The translations under genes were made by a program, and so were the position numbers. Under the pieces are notes generated by a model that was given only the letters and a program-made list of their open reading frames with translations, had not been told where the DNA came from and did not search any database. From assembly GCF_036365525.1 (NCBI RefSeq), contig NC_090375.1:188303233-188367232 (forward strand): a stretch of 64,000 bases of DNA, given 5' to 3'. The stretch is from Heterodontus francisci. Its lineage: Eukaryota. Positions 10,883 through 23,982 of this stretch are shown piece after piece. Numbering within the stretch: position 1 is the stretch's first letter; every line of letters begins with the position of its first letter.

Positions 10883-13604
10883 GATACAAGCCTCCACCCA
10901 CCCTTCTTCATCTAACCCAATTAGCATATCCTTTTATTCTTTTCTCCTGGTGTTTATCTAGTTTCTCCTTAAAATGCATCTATGCGATTTCCTTCAACTA
11001 TTCCCTGTGGTGGGGAGTTTCATGTTCTAACCACTCTCTGAGAAAAGAGGTTTCTCCTGAATTTCTTATTGAATTTATTCATGCCTATCATATTTATGAC
11101 CCATAGTTTTGGACTCTCCACAAGGGAAAATGTCTACCCAATCAAACTCTTTCATAATTTTAAAGACTATCAGGTCACCCCTGACCCTTCTCTTTTCTAG
11201 TGAAAAGAGCCCTAGCTAGTTCAATCTTTCCTGAGAGTTATAACAGCTGTATAACCAATTCTCTAAGTTTAAAATCACCTGCTATATTTATGATCCAACC
11301 ACAATGATGGAACCACATCTCAGTCAATAATCTGTTATGTCTGTTTGAATTTACAAAGGGTTGTCCTGTATTTTGACTGTGAAGTGCTTGGAGCTAAGAA
11401 TTTGATTGATCCTTCATGCCCTAGCTAATTAGATTTTGCAATGTTAATCATAATGCTCACTTGACTTACATGCAATGTTGCTTCGCCAACTTGCGGGGCA
11501 TCAGCTCAGATACATAAAGTGAGAATAGCAGCATAGGAAGGTGTGTCATTCGTGGGTGGTTGGGACAGGATGAGGACAGCTCCAACTATAAGCACACAGG
11601 ATTTGGAGGCAGGGTTGACGCACTCTTTTATTGCCTGTGGTTCTAATGGATGAGCTTGGGTTAATTTCAGAGTTTGGGAGTTGGCAAGGTTATTGTTTCA
11701 GATTATATTGGATTTAGCTGAACTAGCATAAAAATTCGATGTACATTTGAGACACTAAATGAGGTACAAGACAGCAAAGGAGCCACATTCTGTCCTTTAG
11801 GGACCTCTCTTCTTATTGACCTGGCAATCAATTCAGTGATCTTTTGAATTCTGTCAGTATCAAAGAAAGCCTTAAATTTCATTTCACGGCACTGGTTTTC
11901 TCATCTCCGCCTGATCATTCCATTGGTGTATCTCTAAACTTCCCCTGTTTGAATCAGACCTCCTGACATTAAGCATTGCCACTGAGAGTAGCTGTGTCTG
12001 AGGTGACAATCTCAGCTGATTTCTCAGTTCACAGAACACTGCTCTCCCAGCCCAAATAGAAATTCTACTCCTCCAACACAGTGCAGGTTTGGACATATAC
12101 TTTAGCTGTCTCAGGATCTACATATGTGTCACACTAGGCCAATCTATGAAACTTCAATAATGATGGTGACAGTGGCAGAGGTTATGGCTCGTTCTTTATA
12201 TTTTATTTGCCTTCAAAAAAGGAGCAGGCCAACAAATATGAACAAGGGAATTATTAAAATGAAAAATAAAAGCCTTATACATTGCTCGAAGTCTAATTAT
12301 AAATGATTTTTTGTTCATACAAAACACCGTGGAGTTCATCCTTTTTTTCCTGTACCACCCGCTCCTGAATTATTGCCTAGGTGGAGCTCAGGGAGAGAAA
12401 CCAGGAGGCCAGAATGCTATGCCAACAGCAAAGCCTACTTCCATTAAAATGGGTCAGTATCCGCTATGAGTACGGGCTCCCCTCTGCCTGATTTTCAATG
12501 CCGTAGGCTGCCCAGGTTATGCTTTGGACCCACGTGTTACAAGATGAAAATCTACTGATGCGTTTCTTCTGGCTTTCAGTCTCATCAGGTGACATTCAAG
12601 AGCTGTATCATTCAGCGAAACTTTTTAACAATTTATCCCTTTCCTCTTCTCCCTCCCCAAGAGAGAAAGAACATATATAATGACTATCAAAAGCAGGTGC
12701 CAGAAATGTCTGACTGACCAAGCAAATGTCAACAACATGTGGACAAAATACAGGCAAAACCCTGTACACCAACTGACAAGCTTAAATGGGAAAGGCAGTC
12801 TTGAGTAGTAAAGACAATATTGAGCTCCATGTTGAAAGGCCTTTGCTGATCTGGAGTGCTATCAAGGCAGCAGTATGCTAAAATTTATAGACCACAGCGG
12901 TCTCATCAGTCCTGTTGTATGGAAGCTTGATAATAAATGGCTCCTTTGTCTGTCCCAATCTATTCTACATAACACAATTTCACAGAATTTTGCTCTGTGT
13001 TGGAATCAAGAGGGAACTTATTGTAATTCTTTGAGTTTAAATCACTGCTTATTTCCATAAATACAGGATACAGTCAAGCTGCTGTCATGCCCAGAGGAGT
13101 TTTATTATCAGTGGTTTAAAGAATAAGGCTGTTATTTTAGTCAAACATGTCAGTTTAGGCCACATTAACCTATGACCTCCAGAAAGAAAATGTTACAGAT
13201 GGTGTTCTGCATAATGATTTATTTCATGACTGCAAACCCCTTTTAAAGGATCGTTGGAGATCCACTACAGGTTTATCAAAATACATTTTAAGTTGCATGA
13301 AGCATTATTCACAGGGCAATGTGAGGCCTTGAAGAAATTGTCTCCCAGGCAAAGCTGCACAATTGACACTCATGCTACAGGTTCTCATCAAAGCTGTAAA
13401 ATTAGATGTCGTTTTTTTCGTAAAATTTCCAGGTAATCTTATATTGACTGTTGTATGACTTAATACACTTGCAATGATTATGTTCAGTGTTATAGGGTCA
13501 GAGTTAGGGTTCAGGATCCTGTCATGTATTCATGTCACGGCAGTCAATTCTCTTAAACAAATTTAGTGACGCAGATCCATTCTTTCCCATTGCACCTGTT
13601 TAAA

Positions 13605-13735
13605 TATTTGAAGCAGAGAAAATTGCTGGGCTACGGGGAAAGAGCAGATGAGCGGGACTAAATGGATAGCTTAATCAAAGAGCCAGCACAGGCATGATGG
13701 GTAGAATTGGCTCCTTCTATGCTGTATGATTCTAT
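13605..13735 (+). mobile_element. CR1 3' UTR fragment
   Basis: gggctacggggaaagagcag...gagccagcacaggcatgatgg...ctgtatgattctatg. Confidence 0.7.
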
Positions 13736-13819
13736 GCCGACCAAATGTCTGTCAACAAGAACATCATCATGTGTCAATGACTGTGAACACATAGGGTGTC
13801 AAAGACCGCAATGGAGTGA

Positions 13820-14370
13820 GTTGGGACCGGGTGAGATGTTAAAACTTTTAAAATCTCAAACCCAAATCCAACTTGCCACCAACCCACCCACTTCTGGGTT
13901 TTAACAGAAGGGGGACAAGAGGTGGGCAGCCAATCCGCTCCCAGGAGGCGGGTTGGCCAATTAAATATTTTAATGAAGATGGCAGTCTCTGATTTAACCT
14001 GTTTTTGCTGGTTTAACAGTGGCTGCCTGGGCTACCCAGGCTTCAGGAAACCAAGCTACTGAAGGGAGCTTAGGACAGCTTTGGGGAGAAGATTAAATGC
14101 TTCTCCCTGGCCTTCTGAGCTCCTGTACCCCATTAAACCCCACCCCAATTCACCACTGGGATAAGTTCTCCCAACCGCCTCCCACGCTCCCACTAGCAGC
14201 AGCAGGCGATTTTACATGTGGCTGCTGCTCCTTTGAAGTGCCCCTGCCTGACTGGGAGCCAAGCCAAGCAACTGGAGTCAAAACTTCACAACATCCAGGG
14301 GAAACCCATGCTTCTGGCTTTCCTGACAGAAACTCCACACCAATCTCGCGCCACCAACCCCTCCACTCCT
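13820..14370. mobile_element. Probable degenerate non-autonomous DNA transposon
   Basis: GC-rich block with aacccacccacttctgggttttaac and gggttggccaattaaatattttaatga motifs resembling other MITE interiors; TIRs not clear. Confidence 0.35.
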
Positions 14371-14614
14371 GAGTCCTTCACAATGAACCATTTTATGAGG
14401 TGCATTTATCTTCACAGCCATTGGGGCACATAACATAGCTTTGAAAAAATGATGGGTAAATTCATGATATTATTAATAATTCCACAGTCAAATAGATAAA
14501 AAGTAGGTTTTTAATGTGTGGTAAATTGCTGCAGTACGCAGTTCCAAATTATATTTTATTTTATGTAAAAATAAATGGTTAAAACTACCATTTGCTTGAG
14601 ACGATAAAAACAAC

Positions 14615-14830
14615 AGGGATTAGCTGCCTGCATTGTACTGTGGGAGCCAGCCAACACCACAGGTTAAGAAAGTTGTCTTTTAACCTCTTGGTTCTGAGTT
14701 CGAATCCAGTCCATTCTGGTAGAATAAAAGTTTATGCAGCCGGAAGGGGCCCATGTGAATTGGGTTTGGGCAATATCAACCCAGTTGATAGGAGGTATCA
14801 GCCCACAATACAAAACTCCACCAATCTGAC
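14615..14830 (+). mobile_element. LF-SINE-like tRNA-derived SINE fragment
   Basis: B-box gagttcgaatcc. The segments cttttaacctcttggttctgagttcgaatccagtcca and ggcccatgtgaattgggtt...cccagtt...cccacaatacaaaactccacc parallel the LF-SINE 5' consensus as recalled. Confidence 0.55.
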
Positions 14831-16204
14831 GGCAAATCTTTTCCTGCGAACAATGGGAAAGGAGTCACATGATATAGCAGGGCCTGTTTTCCTAAAGTTG
14901 AACTTAAAACATGTGGATATCAAATCAAAGACCGTATTCCTGGAGCATTTATGCAATAGTGTAAAATATCTTTCCCGATCACTGGCTTCAGTAGAAATAA
15001 AAATGGCGTGATGTAAAACGGGATGTTGACTCGCTGTCATCCCTTTTATCCTCTAACTTGTGGACTTCACAAACACTCACACATGAATAATGGTCACTTG
15101 TTAAAGTTATTGGAGAGCACCTGGCTTTTGTGAAACTGTATCCCAACAAGGAGTCTCCAACTGCAAGAGGGGGAAAAAGGGCAGAAAATTGGCATGGAAA
15201 AATAACTCCTGCTTCAGATTTTGATTCTAATTTCTCATTTCGATTCAGATTCTGGTATCAATTTTCTGAAATTTCCAACCAGTCCTGATTCGAAGCAACT
15301 TTGCATATTCCCTTGGGGAAATCTATCTGCTGAATTGAATCGCATAGTTAGCATTACTGTATCTGCTCTGCAAAATGCTTCAATGAAATGACCTTTACTC
15401 TCTACGGCCCTGAAGGAAAATTTAATTAATTTAATTCAGTCTGAAGCATTGGCTCAAGTAGCAAAGCACATAAGATCCTGAAAATCTCCCGTCTGCCAAA
15501 GATTGGGCATTTTAGAGACAACTGGGGAAGATTTTCCCCATGCACTATGAGTTAAATTTTACAGTTTAGTACTCTGACTGCAGAATTTTGTGCAATGGGA
15601 GTGTGTATCAGGAATTTGAGCATAGATTTCATTGTGCCTGATTTGCATATTGCTTCATGCATTAAATTTAATAAAGTGAAATTGATATAGGCTTCAAATC
15701 TTGTGTGATGCTGTTACACCTGAATTCCTAATATGTGCTCCCAACATGCAAAACATAACCCTATATTCAGTGCAATCTAAATGCATTTATGCTCCATGGG
15801 AGCCTCCTCCCACCCTGCTTCATCTAAACATATCAGCGTAATCCTTCCAAATGTGTCAACAGGTTCTCGACACATTGAATGCAGAGGAAATCCTCCTTGA
15901 ATATTTTCATCAACACCTACACTCTTAGATGGTTTCCAAACATTGCACAAGATAAGTTCAATCAAGATATCCGACAAGGTGGATGCAATACAAGTATTGC
16001 CCATAAACTTCCCACTCCCCCTAAACAAAAGTTCAGAACCTGGATGCTGTGTCCAAGCTTCACTTAATGTTCTCCAGTATAATTCATGTACCCATATAAC
16101 TTCAAATAATGAATTTTCTGTAACACAATCCATAATGCAAGCTGCATAATGTTGAACGAAATAACTGTACTTAATTGAGGGCCTGTTATTTTTGTTGCAT
16201 AAAA

Positions 16205-16995
16205 TTATACAGAACTCACAGCACAGAAATAGGCCATTCAACCAAACTGGTCCATGCTGGAATTTATACTCGACATTTAGGGGGAGACGGTGGTGTAGTG
16301 GTAATGTCACTGAGCTAGTAATCCAGAGGCCCAGGCTAATCCCCTGGGGACATGGGTTTAAATCCCACCATGGCTGGTGAGATTTCAAATCAATTAGTTA
16401 ACACAAATCTGGAATTGCTAGTCTCAGTCATTGTGCCATGAAACTGTTATGGATTGTCATAACAACCCATCTGGTTCACCAATGTCCTTTAGGGAAGGAA
16501 ATCTGCTGTCCTTACCTGGTCTGGCCTACATGTGACTCCAGAGCCACAGCAATGTGGTTGACTCTCAACTGCCCCCTGAAATGGCCTAGCAAGCCACTCA
16601 GTTGTCAAGGACAAATGGGGGATGGGCAACAAATGCTGGATTTGCCAGTCACACCCACATTCCATGAAAGAATAACAAAAAACCTCTTCCTACTCCTTAC
16701 CCTATCAGCATAACCTATTCCTTTCTCCGTCATGTACTTATCTTAAATGCACCTATGCTATTCACCTCAACTACTCCTTGTGGTAGCAAGTTCCACTTTC
16801 TCACCACTCTCTGGGTAAACAAGTTTCAACTGAATTGGGTTTATTAACGATTACCTTGTATTGATGGCCCCCAGCTTTGGTCACCCCTGCAAGTGGAAAC
16901 ATCTTTTCTATGTCTACCCAATCAAACTCTTTCAAAATTTAGAAACCTCCATTAGGTCACCCCCTCAGCCTTCTATTTTCTAGAGAAAAGAGTTG
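16205..16995 (-). mobile_element. CR1 3' fragment split by a SINE
   Basis: cacagcacagaaataggccattcaacc at the 5' side resumes after 16682 (cctcttcctactcc...tcaccactctctgggtaaa...cctcagccttcta). Confidence 0.7.
16281..16682 (+). mobile_element. tRNA-derived SINE with the tail of the second CR1-group family
   Basis: A-box ggtggtgtagtggtaatg, B-box gggtttaaatccc; tail ggatgggcaacaaatgctgg...cccacattccatgaaagaat is shared with the LINE at 33451-34480. Confidence 0.8.
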
Positions 16996-17699
16996 TCTTT
17001 TTTCTGGACCTCCTACCAGATCAATCAATTGGCAGAAATAGCTTTGGTTTGCAGGCTGGGGCACAATGCTGCCCAACCCCCAAAAAGGTCCTTGTGCTAC
17101 TGCATTACCATTCTTGATGCACTTCCTCCACAAATCTGCTTTTCTCTCTTGGCCTTGGGATATTTTCTTCCAATGGTTACACACTCCAGAGTGGCATAGT
17201 GAAACATTTCACCATTCAGCTTTTGCTGGACAGAATATTTATCCTCATTTCTAATTGGCGGTTCCTCATTTTTAATTGCCTTGTTACTGCTTTGTTCACT
17301 TAGTTAAGCCGCTAGCTGTTTGAGAAGCACTGAAGGATCAGTCAGTATTGCAGGTGCATTGCCATTCAATGCTACCCTTTATTGCTACCTGTGATTGCCG
17401 GATTCTGACAATCTGCACCTTCAAAAGCCCCACATTCCTGTGATTTCAATCCCATTTTGGCAACATTGGTGAAAAGAAATGTTATTTCTACCCTTGATTT
17501 TAGTAACGAGAGAAATGTAGGATACCTAGAGATTGAATTAAAATGATGAGGCACACTGCACCTGTTTTTTGTTTGGATAGAGTGGGGGTTGCAAGTGGGG
17601 GGGCCATTTGGTTCCATTTATTGTTTTCCTTTTATAAAAGCTCACTCTGGTAAAAGTCAAGTATTGAGCAGTACTGCTCTGATATACCAGCAAGATTGA

Positions 17700-18258
17700 A
17701 TTTTTTTTGTTTATTCACGAGATGTGGGCATCACTGGCAAGGCCAGCATTTGTTGCCCATACCTATGTGTTCTTTAGAAGGTGGTCGTGAACCGCTGCAG
17801 TTCATGTGGTGAAGGTACTCCCATAGTGCTGTTAGGGAGGGAGTTCCAGGATTTTGACCCAGGAACAGTGAAGGAATGGCGATATAGTTCCAAGTCACGA
17901 TGGTGTGTGACTTGGAGGGGACCTTGCAGGTGGTGGTGTTCCCATGCGTCTGCTGCCCTTGTCCTTCTAGGTGGTAGAGGACGCGGGTTTGGAAGGTGCT
18001 GTCGAAGGAGTCTTGGTGAGTTGCTGCAGTGCATCTTGTAGATGGTACACACTGCTGCCACTGTGCGTCGGTGGTGGAGCGAGTGAATGTTTAAGGTGGT
18101 TGATGGGGTGCCAATCAAGCGGGCTGCTTTGTCCTGGATGGTGTAGAGCTTCTTGAATGTTACTGGAGCTGCACTCATTCGGGTAAGTGGAGAGTATTCC
18201 ATCACACACCTGACTTCTGCCTTGTAGATGGTGGAAATGTTTTTGGGGAGTCAGGGTT
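17700..18258 (-). mobile_element. CR1-group LINE (second family), 3' fragment
   Basis: ORF MMEYSPL...KKLYTIQDKAARLIG...HSLHHRRTVAAVCTIYKMHC...SFTVPGSKSWNSLP. Confidence 0.9.
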
Positions 18259-20355
18259 AAATAGAGAAGTACCTGTAGATTGTCCTAATGTCAAACTTTG
18301 TAAAAGTGCTTCCAATTCTTGCCTACAGAAAAATTAAGATGGTGAGGGGGTGAGTGGGGAAGGCAGGGTGAAGAGGGTCTGGAAAAAAATAACCTTGGGA
18401 AAAAAATAAAGCTGAAAAAGCTTAAGATTATACAACGCAACTATTCTAAACTGATTTTTTTTCTTCTCTACAATCCGGTGTTGTGTTCACAACACAAAAT
18501 CTGAGAATACTTCCTAGTGTAGAAAACAAAAGGGCAGCTCTAGCCATACATCTGTGAGCTCTTAAACAAAGGTTTGTTTGTATGCCTCGATCACTCTTGC
18601 CCATGAAAGTAGACACTTACTTGAAAAACTTTTCAGGGAAACACTCTAAACCAACATCCTGGTATAAATTTGCAAAACGCAATACAGGCCTGATTGTCTT
18701 TAGAGTGGATGCAGGTTGCATACGAATAGTCCTTTCTGAAACGTAATGTTCTTTGCATGGCTCACTGACTAATGTACAATAAATCAACAAAGAAGGACTT
18801 CAATACTCCTATTGGGCAGCAGCAAAGCCACTGTTATTTTATCTTTTTACAGTATTTAATTGGAAGGTGCTTCCCACCCCCTCAACACCAACTGCAACAT
18901 AAACCTGCTTTCAAATTCTAAGAGATTGCAAAGATTAATTTTTTTCCTCCGATTCCCCCCCCCCCCCCACTTTTACAAGAGAATGTGTTTTTTTCTTCCA
19001 GACCTCGAATAAAGTTACAAGTGTCTAGCTTTTTTTTTTGCTGAAGGAGATTGAAATTAGATGCTGAATGGAGCATACAGGGAAAGGCTGGGAAAATGTG
19101 AATTTGGCAAGTCTTACTGGGTCAATCTGGAGCTCCCAATTCCCTTCTTACTGCACCAGGTGTCCATTGCATTCAAAGTGATACCATTATTCATACCACT
19201 CTGAGAACCAAAGTATTAAAAAAAAATAATTTGCAACTGAATAAAGAAATAATCCTGGAAATATAACTCACAATTTAGAGGCTGCACTGAGTAGCACAAG
19301 CACTCCATTGTTAAGGAGTTATGTATATTTATCAACCTTTTTTCCTGTGTTTCCAGACTGTTTACATGTTAATGGAAAACGCTCTTTTTATTTTTAACAG
19401 CCATAGCCTTACAGCTAGTTATGCATAAAACTCAGCTCAAAACTTCTTTCTTTGTCAGGCTGTTTAGACACGCGTGTGCCAAAATGGAGCAGACTTTATT
19501 ACATGATATAACAATTATTAAGTTTAGATGGTCAGGTAGAGCCATTGTATCGACTGAGCGTTGTGTTCGGAGACAGAACAAAACCTACCGTGGGTTATAG
19601 AGAGGTTTTTGTCTGGATACTCAGCTGTCTTTTTTTTTAAAGAAAGAACTTGCATTTTTACAGCCTTTATCATGACCTCAGGATGTCTCAAAGTGCTTTA
19701 AAGTACTTCTGAAGTGTACTCACTGTAGGAAATGTAAAGTAAATGCAGGTAAGCATTTCAAATAAGAAAAAAATGTATCTAATTAAGAAAATGGGCTCAA
19801 AATATGTCCATTAGCTTCAGAAGCCAATTTGGCATTGTACCTCACATCTAGATAGAACTAGGCTTGCCAAAATAGTCTGTTAATGAACAGCATTATTGTT
19901 CTGGTAGTTGATCATTTTAATTAGTAATTTACTTTTGCAAATTGTTATTTGAGTGATATTTGGATACCAGCCTTGGCAGAATTAGAGTAAATGATTAAAA
20001 ATAAAGTATTTTGTACAGAAACACGTGATAAGCTTCCCACATTAATGTCATGTGTCACAATTAAAAAAGAAAGAGTATTTCAATGGGAGGTGGTGGATAG
20101 TAATATATGGTGACCTAACGAAGTATAAAAATGAAGTTGAAAAAATAGGGTCAAATCTTTTCCCTCAAAAATATCAACGCAGTAAATTGAACATAAAGTT
20201 GATCAAAGGAACCCTAATTTTTGGTAAAGAAAATGCTTGCTCCTGTATCACAGGTCACATTATGTCAGCAATGTAGTTGCAGTTGGAGTTATTACACTTT
20301 AAAAGGTAAATCTAATTTCAAAATAATCGTTCAGCCTATTATGAACATTGGACTT

Positions 20356-21718
20356 TGTAACGTGATTATGTTTTGAAAATTGTGATTTTTAAAAATTTAA
20401 GATGGAGTCCAGAAGCTATCCACTCTGCTAATGGACAAGACGGAACAAAGACATTTTTTTGAAAAAAGAGACTGCAGGGGTAACACCTGAAGAACAATGG
20501 GTTTCACCCTCTCTGAACTTTGGGTCATAAAACAAGGAGTCAGTGATTCTGAAGATGTAAATGTCCCAAGCAGCTGTTAACACCTGGGAAGACTGGAAGG
20601 CCCAGGTGGCTCTGTGAAACTCTGGACTTTGCATTTTGGAACAGGACAATATGCTATTGACTTTTGAGTCCAGATAAATTTAACAGATTTTCTGAAGGTA
20701 GAGAGGCTGTAAGAGAAAAAAAAAACAGTGGTTGCGGCCTCAAGGCAGGCTGTAAGAGAAGAAGCTAGCAGCTACAGCCTTGAGAGAGAGAGAGAGAGAG
20801 AGAACACCTGCTCTCAGAAGCCTGAGACACAGAAACATAGGAAATAGGAGCAGGAGTAGGCCATCTGTCTACTCATGCCTGCTCTGCCTTTCAACTAGAT
20901 CATGGCTGATCTTCTACCTCAACCACATTTCCCCCCACTATCTCCATATCCCTTGATATCTTTAATATCTAGAAATCTATCGTTCTCTGTCTTGGACGTA
21001 CCCAATGACTGAGCCTCCACAGTCCTCTTGGGTAGAGAATTCCAGAGATTCACCACCCTCTGAATGAGGAAATTCCTCCTCATCTCAGTCCTAAATAGCC
21101 GACCTCTTATTCTGAGACTGTGTCCCCTGGCTAGACCTCCCAGTCAGGGGAAACATCCTTCCTGCATCAACCCTGTCAAGCCCTGTAAGAAATGAGATCA
21201 CCTTTCATTCTTCTAAAGTCTACAGAATACAGGCCCAGTCTCCCCAGTGAAAGGCTGCGAAGACGTGAACCTATTTTGAAAGTTGAAGCTTGTGGAGAAG
21301 TATAAGACCAGCAGGATCACCATGAATTGCCTGATTCACGGACGCCCGGGTCAGAAGTGCTCGGAGAAGTGAGGAAAGAGGACATTAATTTTGAAAAGCG
21401 CTGAGATATTCAACACATTGCAACTGGGAGGAGTTTGGGAATTTTATCTCCAAAGATTTTGCCATCAAAGAGGACTGTGTAATGTATAAGAGTGGTGTGA
21501 GGTTTCCAAGTGTTTGAATAAGTAAAGAAAACACATTTCTTTGTAATTTTGGGTATCAGCTACTTAGAAAGTACTATTTAGTTAATGGGGATTTCTTTTA
21601 GTTTAGTTGTTATAATAAAAGTCTTAAAACATGAAATCTTGACTTATAATCCTTTAAATTGGTCTGGGGGTCCATATCGTGTATTTTTCACGTTAACAAT
21701 CTCACCTTGCCTGTAACG
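20356..21718 (+). mobile_element. Long solo LTR (Gypsy/ERV-type) with an internal CR1 insertion
   Basis: Starts TGTAAC, has AATAAA at ~21614, and ends ctcaccttgcctgtaacg, resembling the termini at 38106 and 41135. Contains (GA)n at ~20782-20802. Confidence 0.55.
20832..21247 (-). mobile_element. CR1 3' fragment
   Basis: aacataggaaataggagcaggagtaggcc...ggtagagaattccagagattcaccaccctctga... Confidence 0.85.
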
Positions 21719-21967
21719 AAATCAGTTATGGCCTTGCTGCCCTTATGGTTTAATGGGAAACTCATGGTGTAGTGTGGTACTAATCAGTATAAAATAGAAG
21801 GTCAGATGTTTGGTCCTTGGTCTGTAGTGATTTAGCTGGTATCAGCTGGGTTGGAAGTTGAGGTGATAACAAGTAGGTGTATGACCCCCTAGGCTTGTGA
21901 ACAGAATAGTCAGTAAGGGTTCCCACTCCTGATCGCTATTCAGTAACTCCCGCTAGAAAGTGCCCAA

Positions 21968-22440
21968 GAAAGAAAACTTGTATTGATAAAGTGCCTTTCA
22001 CAACCTCAGGATGTCCCAAAGTGCTTTACAGTCAATGAAGTACATTCAAATTGTCATCATTACTGTAATGTAGGAAAAGTGACAGCCAATTTGTGCACAG
22101 CAAGGTCCCACAAACAGCAATGTGTTGATGACCAGATCATCTGATTTTAGGTGTTGGCTGAGGGATAAATATTGGCCAGGACACTGGAAAGAACTCCCCT
22201 CTCTTCTTCGACATAGTGCATGGGATCTTTTACATTCACTTAAGAGGGCAGACAAGGCCTCAGTTTAACATCGCATCCAAAAGACAGCACCCCTGACAGT
22301 GCAGCACTCCATCAGTACTGCACTGGGTGTGTAAGTCTACATTTGTGCTCAAGTCCCTACAGTGGGACTTGTCAGTAAGATTTGAACCTATGACTATCTA
22401 ACTCAGAGGCAAGAGTGCTACCCACTGAGTCACAGCTGAT
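21968..22440 (-). mobile_element. SacSINE1/Deu-type SINE, near full length
   Basis: Reverse complement of the 5950-6385 and 62758 copies; head gagtgctacccactgagtcacagctga. Confidence 0.8.
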
Positions 22441-23547
22441 ACCTATAAGCATACACTTGGTGCATGTGGGATCGAGCAATTTCAGTGGAGCAGTCCCCTG
22501 TCGCTCATAGAATTACATTACAATGTGGTTAGCTCCATGGAGCTGCAAGGCTCACCAGTTTCAGGTGAGAAAATTAGAAAAATATATATTTATTTAAAAA
22601 AAGACCATAGAGGAAGCGAATCCCAAAAGCATTATGTAGCGGCTTTCAGAGGATCTCCTAAGTTTTACCAATGTTTTTTTTCCCGACTGTCTGTCTCTCA
22701 TCCAGACAGCTGACATAGTCTACCTATTGGGTCAGATTAAATTCACATTGCTGGAGCGGCACATGGCAAGCAGAAGAAAATTATGAAATCTTGTTGGCTG
22801 TGTCATGGCAACTGAACAAATAGCTCCTGCAAAGAAAGCAGCTCACAGAAAATAGCAATATTTCTCTTTGTGTTCCCACACTTGACATTTTTATCCCTCC
22901 ATCTGCTTAACGCTCACTGCATGATAGGCTTACTCAGTTTCTAAAGTGTTCTCCTCCCAGAGAGGGCTGTTGCAGCGGGAAGAAAAAATTCAGAAGATTT
23001 ATTTTAATACTACTGTCCTTATATCAATAGATGTTTGTGAAATAATGCTGCACCATTTCCAAGTCGATGACAGGATACAATGTTTGTTAGCCTCTGTTAT
23101 GTTCAACCTTTGTGGTTTTTTCTTTTCCAAGTTACTTTGTACTTTTCTTTCATCTCTCCTCTTACAGCTCTCTCCACGGCATGTATCATAACCACAGCTG
23201 AGAGTCGGGCAGGCAGATGACTTCCAGCCCTCTGTCAATGACACACTTGGGGGGGGGGGGGGGGGGGTGGTGGTGGGTTTGCTGGAAGCTGTGTGACAGT
23301 GCCACAGGTGTGACCTGCCCCTTCAATCTTCCTTCCAGCCTTCCTTGTGAGAAAATTCTTTTTTTTGTTCACTTTGGGTTTATTTTTGTCACTGAAATTC
23401 ACAGGCATGTGAAGTGGCCATCTACCCACGGCATGATCTTTGCACTAATGCATGATGGCATTCACATTACGGGAATAATGGGTGTAATGTTATTTGTCCA
23501 GCTTTACAAAGGAGATTTTATGACCAGTTTTCTATTCTAAATCAATA

Positions 23548-23982
23548 AAAGAAAACAATGACTTGCATTTATATAGCACATTTCACGACCGCAGAACATC
23601 CCAAAGTGCTTTATAGCCAATGAAGTACTTTTTGAGGTGTAGTTACTGTAATGTAGGAAATGTGGTGGCAAATTTGTGACCAGCATCTCCCACAAACAGC
23701 AATGAGATAATGACCAGATCATCTGTTTTAATGAATTTAGTTGAGGGTTTAAAATTGGCTGGCACATCAGGGAAAGCTTCCCTTCTCTTCAAATAGCACC
23801 ATACATCTATCTGAGAAGGCAGTCAGAACAATGTCGTAAAGTATCATCTGAAAGATGGCACCTCTGACAGAGCAGCACTCCACTAGAATGTCAGCCCAGT
23901 TTATGGGGGCAAGTCCATGGGGCTTGAACATACAACCTACTGATACAAAGTAATGATTGCTATCAACACAGCCAGGCTGACA
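23548..23982 (-). mobile_element. SacSINE1/Deu-type SINE
   Basis: gacttgcatttatatagcacatttcacgacc...gcacctctgacagagcagcactcc. Confidence 0.75.

Larger units (their letters stand above)
10250..11240 (-). mobile_element. CR1 3' fragment interrupted by a solo LTR and a SINE
   Basis: CR1 3' UTR at 10250-10312 continues at ~10885 (tatgctccatac ... aagcctccacccacccttcttcatc). Confidence 0.7.

Noticed and set aside
15777-16388. 203-aa minus-strand ORF (also 38226-38795)
   Set aside because: Chance read-through across SINE/CR1 and unique DNA; no domain.
21730-21965. Ancient SINE-like fragment (cctgatcgctattcagtaactcccgctagaaagtgc)
   Set aside because: Probably a repeat, but the family could not be assigned with confidence.
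23249-23267. Poly-G/C runs (also ~692, ~18955, ~26248, ~56545) as functional G-quadruplexes
   Set aside because: Simple homopolymers, several inside MITE-like DNA; lengths may be sequencing-dependent.
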